The position numbers were made by a program, and so were the translations under genes. The notes beneath the pieces were generated by a model, which ran no database searches, was not told where the DNA came from, and worked only from the letters and a program-made list of their open reading frames with translations. Shown here one piece after another: positions 37,524 to 45,046 of a stretch of DNA of 55,267 nucleotides. This stretch comes from Parcubacteria group bacterium. Lineage in GTDB: Bacteria; Patescibacteriota; Minisyncoccia; Phycocordibacterales; Zambryskibacteraceae. The stretch's first letter is position 1. Each line of letters opens with the position of its first letter. The stretch covers positions 1 through 55,267 of the forward strand of contig JBKJKY010000003.1 of assembly GCA_046597175.1 (NCBI GenBank), read 5' to 3'.

Positions 37524-37652
37524 GGAACGGCGAATTGGCACTAGAAAACCGTGCATGGTATAGTTTTTTGCAAGTGTTCTCCAGTATGAGAATAAGAGGT
37601 CATATTAATCAATAATTACAAGACCGAATAGCTACGGTCCGCAACTAACAGA

Positions 37653-39839
37653 ATGAATACAAATTTAAAATGGGGAATTTTGGGAGGATTGTTTTTGATC
37701 CCCGTTATCCCTTTCATCATTTCTGGAAGCATCCTATTTCCTTTTATTACGGGCAAGAACTTCCTCTTTCGAGTTCTGGTTGAGATTGTATTTGCACTTT
37801 GGCTTATTCTTATTGTCAGGGATTCTGAGTACCGACCGAAGTTTTCTTGGCTTCTTGGATCGTTTGCGATCTTTACTCTCGTGATGGGGATTGCGGATGT
37901 ATTTGCGCAAAATCCATCAAAAGCACTGTGGAGTAACTTTGAGCGAATGGAAGGCTTCATAGCTCTCATTCATTTCTTCCTCTATTTTCTTGTTGCCTCA
38001 TCAGTATTTCACACCATGAAACAGTGGGTGCGGTATTTGTATGTCTGGATGGCCTCAAGTGTCATCATGTGTGTATACGGACTTCTACAGCTTGCAGGGA
38101 AGATAACTATCAATCAGGGAGGTGTGCGTGTTGACGGAACACTCGGGAATGCCAACTATTTGGCAGTGTTCCTCATGTTTAATATTTTTTTCGGACTCTT
38201 CCTATTTCTACGCTCTCAGAATAAGAAAACCGTTGCATGGATTGTGTTTCCTGCTGTTTTGCTCCAATCGATTATTCTCTACTATACCGCGACGAGAGGT
38301 TCTGTTCTTGGTTTAATCGGTGGTCTTTTTGTAGCGGTTTTACTCACTGCACTTTTTGAAAAGCAAAATCCAAAACTTCGAAAAGTGGCCATTGGTGCTG
38401 TCGTCGCGCTAGTATTGTTTGTTGGTGGCTTTGTTGCACTTCGAAACACCTCTTTTGTTACAAGTAGTCCGGTGCTTTCACGCTTCTCTTCACTTTCACT
38501 CTCTGAAATCAAAACTCAAGGAAGATTCTATATTTGGCCGATGGCAATTGAAGGGTTTAAGGAGCGTCCGATTCTTGGTTGGGGCCAGGAGGGATTCAGC
38601 TATGTGTTCAACGAGCACTACAATCCAAAGATGTACGCGCAAGAGCAGTGGTTTGATCGCGCTCACAACATGTTTCTTGATTGGCTTGTCGCTGGAGGAC
38701 TCCTCGGTTTACTTAGTTTTCTATCAATTCTATTTTTTGCATTCTGGTATGTATGGAAAGATGCAAATGCTACGTTCTCATTTGCAGAAAAGAGTCTCAT
38801 TACTGGGCTCCTGTCCGCTTACATATTTCAAGGACTCTTTGTGTTCGACAACCTAATCGGATACATCCTCTTCTTCTCACTCATGGCATTTATCCACGCT
38901 ATGCACGGAGGCAGTCACATGCCAATTCCGAAAGCCCTAGAAAAGGAGGGACCGCGAAATACTTTTGCTGGAGTTGTCGTGGTAGCTCTCTGTGCTGGTC
39001 TGTATTTCACAGTTTGGATTCCGGTAGAGGCTGGGCAGTCGCTTATCGACAGTCTCCGAGCAATCCAGTCTGCCGACCCTGTCTCAGCACTTTCTCAGTT
39101 TAAAAAAGCACTGAGTTACAATACATTTGGAAATCCCGAAATCAGAGAACAACTCATAAATGCTCAGGGTGCGTTTTTGCAGGACAAAGTTCCAGAAAAA
39201 ATAAGAGGCGAGTTCGCAGATCTTGTGCGCACAGAGTACACCAAACAATTTGAAAACGCTCCGAAAGACGCTCGCTACTATCTATTTTACGGGACATTCC
39301 TTCGTTCTGTTGGACTTGGAGACATGGCAATAGAAAATTTCAAAAAAGCTCAAGAGCTCTCGCCTCTGAAGCAAACTATTATGATTGAGATTGGCCTCAC
39401 ATACATGCAAGGGAAGGATTATGTGCACGCTCTCGAATATCTCAAAAAAGCATCAGACTTAGATCCAACGTATGTACAAGCGAAGGTGTACTATGCAATT
39501 GCAGCGCTCTATGCAAACAACCTCGACCTTGCAAATACTTTGTTCAACTCCATTCCAGTTGATCAATTAGTCCATGATGAAAAAGTTGTTCAAGCGTTTG
39601 CACAAACTGGGAGATATCAAGAGTTAATAAAAATATTTACCCGCAGGATTACCGAGGGTGCTGATACATTCGAAAATTCCACAAACCTCGCTGTGTCATA
39701 TCTTGAGTCCGGAGATAGGGTAAATTCTGTTGCAGTGCTTCAGAGATTCTTAGATAAGGATGAAACACAAAAAAACATACAGCAGAAAGCTCAACTCGAG
39801 TATTTCATAAAGGAGATAAAAGCAGGGAGGAACCCGTAA
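37653..39839 (+). CDS. O-antigen ligase/polymerase-like (Wzy_C-type) membrane protein fused to C-terminal TPR repeats
   Basis: 728 aa with about 12 TM segments. YYTATRGSVLGLIGG loop region. The C-terminal ~270 aa carry TPR-like repeats (AIENFKKAQELSP..., ALEYLKKASDLDP...). Confidence 0.7.
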   Translation: MNTNLKWGILGGLFLIPVIPFIISGSILFPFITGKNFLFRVLVEIVFALWLILIVRDSEYRPKFSWLLGSFAIFTLVMGIADVFAQNPSKALWSNFERMEGFIALIHFFLYFLVASSVFHTMKQWVRYLYVWMASSVIMCVYGLLQLAGKITINQGGVRVDGTLGNANYLAVFLMFNIFFGLFLFLRSQNKKTVAWIVFPAVLLQSIILYYTATRGSVLGLIGGLFVAVLLTALFEKQNPKLRKVAIGAVVALVLFVGGFVALRNTSFVTSSPVLSRFSSLSLSEIKTQGRFYIWPMAIEGFKERPILGWGQEGFSYVFNEHYNPKMYAQEQWFDRAHNMFLDWLVAGGLLGLLSFLSILFFAFWYVWKDANATFSFAEKSLITGLLSAYIFQGLFVFDNLIGYILFFSLMAFIHAMHGGSHMPIPKALEKEGPRNTFAGVVVVALCAGLYFTVWIPVEAGQSLIDSLRAIQSADPVSALSQFKKALSYNTFGNPEIREQLINAQGAFLQDKVPEKIRGEFADLVRTEYTKQFENAPKDARYYLFYGTFLRSVGLGDMAIENFKKAQELSPLKQTIMIEIGLTYMQGKDYVHALEYLKKASDLDPTYVQAKVYYAIAALYANNLDLANTLFNSIPVDQLVHDEKVVQAFAQTGRYQELIKIFTRRITEGADTFENSTNLAVSYLESGDRVNSVAVLQRFLDKDETQKNIQQKAQLEYFIKEIKAGRNP

Positions 39840-39844
39840 GAGGG

Positions 39845-39857
39845 ACGAAATACGAAA
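39845..39857 (+). repeat. ACGAAATACGAAA direct repeat, left copy
   Basis: Same 13-mer as within 40268-40288. Confidence 0.7.
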
Positions 39858-39908
39858 CTCGAAATACTGATTACGAAAAACAGATAATGAAATTCAAACA
39901 GGAAGAAC

Positions 39909-39933
39909 AAAAAAACCGCATATGCGGTTTTTT
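39909..39933 (+). terminator. intrinsic terminator
   Basis: aaaaaaa-ccgcatatgcgg-tttttt. Confidence 0.8.
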
Positions 39934-39962
39934 GATATATACAGTGGACAGGAGAAGTGCAC

Positions 39963-39991
39963 TTGACTTTTATCTGATATTTTGCTATTAT
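39963..39991 (+). promoter_or_regulatory. sigma70-like promoter of a non-coding unit
   Basis: TTGACT, a 17-nt spacer, TATTAT. The predicted TSS near 39998 coincides with the first base of the closing stem. Confidence 0.65.
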
Positions 39992-39997
39992 ACCTTT

Positions 39998-40247
39998 GTG
40001 AGTGCGAATCGAAAGATTCAGCTCTAAAAACAGATGTCTGTGCAGCCCCGCTAACTCCGCAAGGAATAGGCGGGGTTTGCATTTATGTCACTATTTCAAT
40101 ACTATTGTATATGCGTCTTCTTTCCAGTTGTGGTTAGCGGACGCACTCACAAAGACATTTGTTCTGGAGCCTGCCCCGCTAACCGCGGATGGACGGAAGA
40201 ATGAACAAAATCAAAACCCTCGACGTTAGTCGAGGGTTTTGATTTTG
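39998..40247 (+). ncRNA. candidate ~250-nt structured RNA, unclassified
   Basis: The 5' GTGAGTGCG (39998-40006) pairs with CGCACTCAC (40142-50). GAAA-tetraloop hairpin at 40007-18. GCAA-tetraloop hairpin with a 4x4 internal loop at 40046-75. A duplicated CCCCGCTAAC (40046, 40174) is complementary to GTTAGCGG (40133-40). Ends in a 19-bp terminator. No credible ORF. Confidence 0.5.
40206..40247 (+). terminator. intrinsic terminator (19-bp stem)
   Basis: caaaatcaaaaccctcgac-gtta-gtcgagggttttgattttg. Confidence 0.8.
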
Positions 40248-40267
40248 TGAATTAATATTAGTCGAAT

Positions 40268-40288
40268 ACGAAATACGAAATACGAAAT
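40268..40288 (+). repeat. tandem heptamer (ACGAAAT x3) containing the right copy of ACGAAATACGAAA
   Basis: acgaaatacgaaatacgaaat. Confidence 0.8.
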
Positions 40289-40407
40289 TTAAAATACAAA
40301 CAAAGGTACATGCAGATTTTAAATTTTCTTATTCTTACACTAATGAGCGAAAAGTATTTCCATGAGACTGCGCAGATGGAAAATCGTATAAGCATCTACA
40401 CTAATGA

Positions 40408-40503
40408 GCGAGAATTATTTTTCAAAGACTTGTGAGTTTGTCGAAACGAGCACGAGGAATTTTTTAGCAAAAAAATATCCGTGCTTTGAAAAATAATTCT
40501 CGC
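40408..40503. repeat. perfect 20-bp inverted repeat separated by 56 nt
   Basis: gcgagaattatttttcaaag (40408-27) and ctttgaaaaataattctcgc (40484-503). The left arm overlaps a 15-bp direct repeat, tacactaatgagcga (40336 and 40396). Confidence 0.85.
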
Positions 40504-40695
40504 GAATACTTATCCACACATTTTTGCAAAAAAATATTGTATGCACATCGCATATGCATCATAATAATTGCAAGGTCGAATAATTATTTTCTGTGTCGCG
40601 TGTCGTGATGCAAAAATAAATTATTGAGAACATTTAAAAATAATTTTCAAAATATTTTTCTAACGGTGTTCGCATCGCAAGAAAGAAAAAATACT

Positions 40696-40794
40696 ATGGC
40701 AGCAAAAAAGAAAAAGGTAGCGAAGAAGAAAGCTCCTGCTCGAAAGACAAAGAAGAAGGCCGCTCCAAAGCGAAAAGCTTCAAAGCGAGCGTAG
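40696..40794 (+). CDS. 32-aa Lys/Ala-rich highly basic microprotein (histone H1-tail-like composition)
   Basis: ATG GCA GCA AAA AAG ... TAG translates to MAAKKKKVAKKKAPARKTKKKAAPKRKASKRA. Followed directly by a strong terminator. Below the 60-aa cut-off of the ORF track. Confidence 0.5.
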   Translation: MAAKKKKVAKKKAPARKTKKKAAPKRKASKRA

Positions 40795-40800
40795 TCTCAC

Positions 40801-40833
40801 AAAAATACCTCGACGAAAGTCGAGGTATTTTTT
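40801..40833 (+). terminator. intrinsic terminator
   Basis: aaaaatacctcgac-gaaa-gtcgaggtattttt. Confidence 0.8.
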
Positions 40834-40907
40834 GCTTATATATCTTTAATCTCACTCAAAATTTCCCAGGTGCGAGGGGAGGTGTGTTGTGGTAGAATAG
40901 CTTCCTA

Positions 40908-43409
40908 ATGAAATGGAATTTTCTACCCAATATTTTTAAAGATACCGCAAGTGCCGAGCTAGATAGGATAGCTCCTATTGTGGCAAAGGTAAACGCTTTT
41001 GAGCCTCATATGAAGGCGCTGAGTGATGCTGATTGTAAAAACCAAACTCTTCTTCTCAAAGAAAGACTATCAAAAGGGGAGTCTCTCGACGATATTTTGC
41101 CTGAGGCATTTGCACTTGTCCGTGAAGCATCATTACGCACACTTGGGCAAAGACATTTTGATGTACAAATCATTGGAGGAATTGTTATGCATGAAGGCAA
41201 AATTGCGGAGATGCGTACGGGTGAGGGAAAAACTCTTGTTGCTACACTTCCTGCATACCTCAATGCTCTTACTGGGAGCGGTGTCCACGTGATTACTGTG
41301 AACGACTATCTATCGAAACGCGATGCGGTGTGGATGGGTCAGATTTATGATTTTCTCGGTCTTTCAGTGGGTATTGTGAATCATGACGCATCGTTTGTGT
41401 ACGACAATACTGCCCTCGAAGTGGATGCTGAGCGCGATGTTGTGGGAGGGTTTGAAGTAAAGAAAGAATTCCTCCGTCCTGTTTCTCGTAGAGATGCGTA
41501 CGCAGCTGACATAACCTATGGAGTGAACAGTGAATACGGATTTGATTATCTTCGTGACAACATTGAATACGAAGAGAGAAATCTTCGTCAGAGAGAGCAC
41601 GCATACGCAATTGTTGATGAAATCGATTCTATTTTGATTGATGAAGCTCGTACTCCGCTTATTATTTCTGCTCCCACTGCTGACTCTGAGAGTTTGTACA
41701 AAACATTTGCGAGTATTGCACTCAAGCTAAAACAAGAAACAGACTTTACCGTTGATGAAAAACTTAAAACAATCAGTTTGACCGATAGTGGTATTGATAC
41801 CGCAGAAAAATTACTTGGAGTAGAAAATATTTATACCGATGGTGGAATCAAGTACGTTCATCACCTAGAAACTGCTGTGCGGGCACAAGCGCTTTTCCAT
41901 ATCGATAAAGATTACGTCATTCGTGACGGTGAGGTAGTTATCGTAGATAGTTTTACGGGAAGACTTCAGCCGGGCCGTCGTTGGTCAGAGGGACTCCACC
42001 AGGCCATAGAAGCAAAAGAAGGGGTTGATGTGCAAAAGGAATCCCGTACCTATGCTTCGATAACCTATCAAAATTACTTCAGGCTCTACAAAAAACTCTC
42101 TGGTATGACCGGTACCGCCTCAACTTCTGCTGAGGAGTTCTATAAAGTGTATGGACTCGGTACAGTAACAATTCCACCCCACAGAACTATTGCACGTATT
42201 GATCACGATGATCTTATTTTCCAAACAGAAGCAGGAAAGTTTAAAGCCATTGCCCGTAAGGTGAAAGAATTAAATGAAAAGGGCCAGCCAGTTCTTATTG
42301 GTACCGTTTCGATTGAAAAGAATGAGCTTTTAAGTAGCTATCTTATTACAGAAGGGGTGCGTCATGAGATGTTGAATGCCAAAAACCACGAACGTGAAGG
42401 TGAAATTGTTGCTCAGGCTGGAAGTGAAAAAGCAGTGACTATTGCTACCAACATGGCAGGGCGCGGAGTAGACATCAAGCTCGGTGGTAATCCCGGCACA
42501 GAGCATTCCTATGAAGACATAAAAACTACCGGAGGACTCTTTGTTCTTGGAACTGAGCGTCATGATGCACGGCGCATTGATAATCAGCTTCGTGGTCGCG
42601 CAGGCCGCCAGGGTGATCCAGGAGAAACTCAGTTTTTTGTCTCTCTTGAAGATGATCTTATGCGCGTTTTTGCGTCAGATACTATCAAAAAAATGATGGG
42701 ACGCTTCGGTATTCCAGAAGATCAGCCAATTGAAAATAGACTTATTACGAATGCGCTCGAAAAAGCACAAGAAAGAATTGAGGGATTTAACTTCGATGCC
42801 CGTAAACACGTTCTTGAGTTTGATGACGTTCTCAACTTTCAAAGAAAGGTGGTGTATGAACGACGACGAGTACTCCTCGTCGGAGGTGAGGCTGGAGGAG
42901 AGCAATATCTCGAAACAGTACTCCTTTCGGCGGATGAAGAGACGCGTACTCAAATTGAAAACAAAAAAACGGAGCTTGGCAGTGAGGTGTTTCTGCGGAA
43001 TGTACGCACAGTTGGTCTTCAGGCGATCGATATGTTTTGGGTTGAGCACTTAGAAATGATGGATCATCTTCGAGGTACAGTAAATCTTCGTGCATATGGT
43101 CAACGTGAGCCACTTGTTGAATACAAACGTGAGGGCCTTACACTGTTTAAAGAAATGGAATCTGCAGCGGTAGCGGAGGTTTTGAGTCTCTTACCCCACC
43201 TTGGGGAGACGAAGGTTGGGCTAGGAACTATCGAGCTCAGTGAAATTCAGTCTGGTGCGGAGTCTATTACCAAACAAGGCAGTATGAGTCCTACTGACCG
43301 TGAGCCAGAGCGTAATGGTCCCTGCCCATGTGGATCAGGAAAAAAATGGAAGAAGTGCGGGATGATCGATACAAAGGAGCATCGCGAGTTTCTCGCAAAG
43401 AACGGATAA
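40908..43409 (+). CDS. secA: preprotein translocase ATPase SecA
   Basis: 833 aa. MRTGEGKTLVATLPAYLNAL, DEIDSILIDEARTPLIIS, TNMAGRGVDIKLGG and the C-terminal zinc motif CPCGSGKKWKKCG. Confidence 0.95.
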   Translation: MKWNFLPNIFKDTASAELDRIAPIVAKVNAFEPHMKALSDADCKNQTLLLKERLSKGESLDDILPEAFALVREASLRTLGQRHFDVQIIGGIVMHEGKIAEMRTGEGKTLVATLPAYLNALTGSGVHVITVNDYLSKRDAVWMGQIYDFLGLSVGIVNHDASFVYDNTALEVDAERDVVGGFEVKKEFLRPVSRRDAYAADITYGVNSEYGFDYLRDNIEYEERNLRQREHAYAIVDEIDSILIDEARTPLIISAPTADSESLYKTFASIALKLKQETDFTVDEKLKTISLTDSGIDTAEKLLGVENIYTDGGIKYVHHLETAVRAQALFHIDKDYVIRDGEVVIVDSFTGRLQPGRRWSEGLHQAIEAKEGVDVQKESRTYASITYQNYFRLYKKLSGMTGTASTSAEEFYKVYGLGTVTIPPHRTIARIDHDDLIFQTEAGKFKAIARKVKELNEKGQPVLIGTVSIEKNELLSSYLITEGVRHEMLNAKNHEREGEIVAQAGSEKAVTIATNMAGRGVDIKLGGNPGTEHSYEDIKTTGGLFVLGTERHDARRIDNQLRGRAGRQGDPGETQFFVSLEDDLMRVFASDTIKKMMGRFGIPEDQPIENRLITNALEKAQERIEGFNFDARKHVLEFDDVLNFQRKVVYERRRVLLVGGEAGGEQYLETVLLSADEETRTQIENKKTELGSEVFLRNVRTVGLQAIDMFWVEHLEMMDHLRGTVNLRAYGQREPLVEYKREGLTLFKEMESAAVAEVLSLLPHLGETKVGLGTIELSEIQSGAESITKQGSMSPTDREPERNGPCPCGSGKKWKKCGMIDTKEHREFLAKNG

Positions 43410-43410
43410 T

Positions 43411-43992
43411 ATGCAAAGCCCGGAAACAATAGTTTCTCTCCTTACGCATTACGGGTATCTTGCCGTTTTTATTCTAAATTTTTTTGAAGGATCTATTGTG
43501 GTACTTTCGGCAGGATTCCTTTCATCGCAGGGATATCTGAGTCCGCTTGTTCTTATCGTGGTTGTTGCCCTCAGTGACCTCGCAGGTGATTTTTTATACT
43601 ACTCTCTCGGACGTTGGGGGAGAAAATTTTCTTTTACTCACACGGAAGGACTTATTGCTCGGGCGCGGAATTCGAGTGATCGCATCCATACAAATCCGAA
43701 AAGATTTTTACTGCTTTCAAAAGTTACATATTCCGTGGGTTTCTTAATTCAAATTGGTGCCGGTCTCTCTCGTGTCAAGATAGCAACATTTATTTTCTAT
43801 AACGTAATTGGCACTCTGTGTAAGACAATTATCCTGGTATCTTTTGGGTACTTCTTTGGATCTGCGTTTCTTCGAATCGACTCCATCATTGGTAAAGTTT
43901 CAATTGGAGTTCTATTTGTGTGTATTGTGGTTGGAGTAATTTCTTATGTGAAAAGAGTAGAAAAGAAGACAAACATGCTATCGAGTGATTAG
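43411..43992 (+). CDS. DedA/VTT-domain membrane protein
   Basis: 193 aa. LTHYGYLAVFILNFFEGSIVVLSAGFLSSQG. TAATATG junction with secA. Confidence 0.75.
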   Translation: MQSPETIVSLLTHYGYLAVFILNFFEGSIVVLSAGFLSSQGYLSPLVLIVVVALSDLAGDFLYYSLGRWGRKFSFTHTEGLIARARNSSDRIHTNPKRFLLLSKVTYSVGFLIQIGAGLSRVKIATFIFYNVIGTLCKTIILVSFGYFFGSAFLRIDSIIGKVSIGVLFVCIVVGVISYVKRVEKKTNMLSSD

Positions 43993-44016
43993 TGTGCATG
44001 ATAATATTATAGATAT

Positions 44017-44787
44017 ATGAGTGATGTTGAGAAAAAAAATGACGATAAAAAAGAAAAGAAACTCAGCTTCTTTGAACGTCTTATCGTTGGTAATGGAGTT
44101 CCAAAAACCCACACAAACAAATCCGTCCACCCCGTCATTTCGGAGGTTATTGAGGTTCGAAATTCGGAAGTGGTACCCCTTTCAAGCGACTCTCTTTCCG
44201 TACCAGAAGTCTCAGTCGCTTTGCGAGCAGAGGTAATTATTCCAGAGCATATTCTCCCGGATCCTGTTTTTCAGGGCACCCCAAAACTAGAAGTGGCAGA
44301 GTCACATATTGAGAAAGAAAAAGTCCCCGAGCCAGTAATAAAAAAACTCGCTATTACCGTTGTTGAAGATGCAGTGGAACAAGCTCTTGAAATCAAAGAA
44401 GAAAAGGGTGCTTTAAGAGAAACTACTTCGAAAGTTCATGAACCTGTTCCATTTGATGAGAGTGCGCTATTCGTACCACTGCGCAGTGTAAGAGTAGAGA
44501 CAAATCCGACCTCAGTGCGGGCTGAGATCTCTTCAGAAGGGCTTCTTTCGGAGGCGGAGTATTTTTATCTGGGTAATGGGAAAGCTCTTACATCGCTCGC
44601 TGACTTTCTTGTCTACATCGAATCTTTGTCAGATGGCGAGTGGAAAGACTCAGTACAAGATAGGAAATCTCATTTTGTTATATGGATTGAGACAGTGTTT
44701 GGTACGGGTAAGCTCGCACGGCTTATTGAATTGGCAGACTCACAAAAGGAAGCGGTGCTCTATATCCGCTCTTTTTTGGGAAAATAG
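44017..44787 (+). CDS. hypothetical protein (acidic/low-complexity N-terminal part, conserved-looking C-terminal ~80 aa)
   Basis: 256-aa ORF. TATTAT lies 6 nt upstream of the ATG. The C-terminal FYLGNGKALTSLADFLVYIESLSDGEWKDSV..HFVIWIETVF resembles a small domain I cannot name. Confidence 0.5.
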   Translation: MSDVEKKNDDKKEKKLSFFERLIVGNGVPKTHTNKSVHPVISEVIEVRNSEVVPLSSDSLSVPEVSVALRAEVIIPEHILPDPVFQGTPKLEVAESHIEKEKVPEPVIKKLAITVVEDAVEQALEIKEEKGALRETTSKVHEPVPFDESALFVPLRSVRVETNPTSVRAEISSEGLLSEAEYFYLGNGKALTSLADFLVYIESLSDGEWKDSVQDRKSHFVIWIETVFGTGKLARLIELADSQKEAVLYIRSFLGK

Positions 44788-45046
44788 TGGTTTCTGTACT
44801 CTAAAAAGCTTCATTAACCTTACTAAAAGTTTTGCCTGTATCCTCCTGTAATTAAAAATATAGTAAGATTTTGATTATTTTTTGTACTTCAATACTACAG
44901 TGCCATTTGCCAAGAGTTCACTCTCACAGTAAAGTGGAAAGGTAGTGTACATATCGGTAATGCTACATCAACCTTACAAGTATTTTATTTTTTGATTTAA
45001 AATTCTGACACCCCTATCTTTGAGGGGAGGGGATAGAAATTCTTTT

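Noticed and set aside
40046-40075. SRP (4.5S) RNA helix-8 assignment for the GCAA-tetraloop hairpin
   Set aside because: The architecture (3-bp stem, tetraloop, symmetric internal loop) is similar, but the loop bases are UAAC/AUAG instead of the conserved AGG/AGCA-type Ffh-binding residues.
40261-40288. Possible CRISPR or tandem-repeat array (ATACGAA x3)
   Set aside because: It is a 7-nt microsatellite with no spacers. No CRISPR-like repeat-spacer structure or cas genes occur anywhere in the window.
40511-40519. Replication origin inferred from exact DnaA boxes (TTATCCACA at 40511-19 and 49848-56)
   Set aside because: There is only one perfect box per region, no cluster of boxes, no adjacent dnaA/dnaN and no AT-rich 13-mer array. 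About 0.4 exact matches are expected by chance in 55 kb on both strands, so two is suggestive at most.
44920-44997. 25-aa minus-strand ORF (MYTTFPLYCESELLANGTVVLKYKK) with a TAGCAT box 7 nt upstream
   Set aside because: It fits the leaderless geometry, but it has no terminator, no recognisable family and a very short length. The evidence is insufficient to call it.
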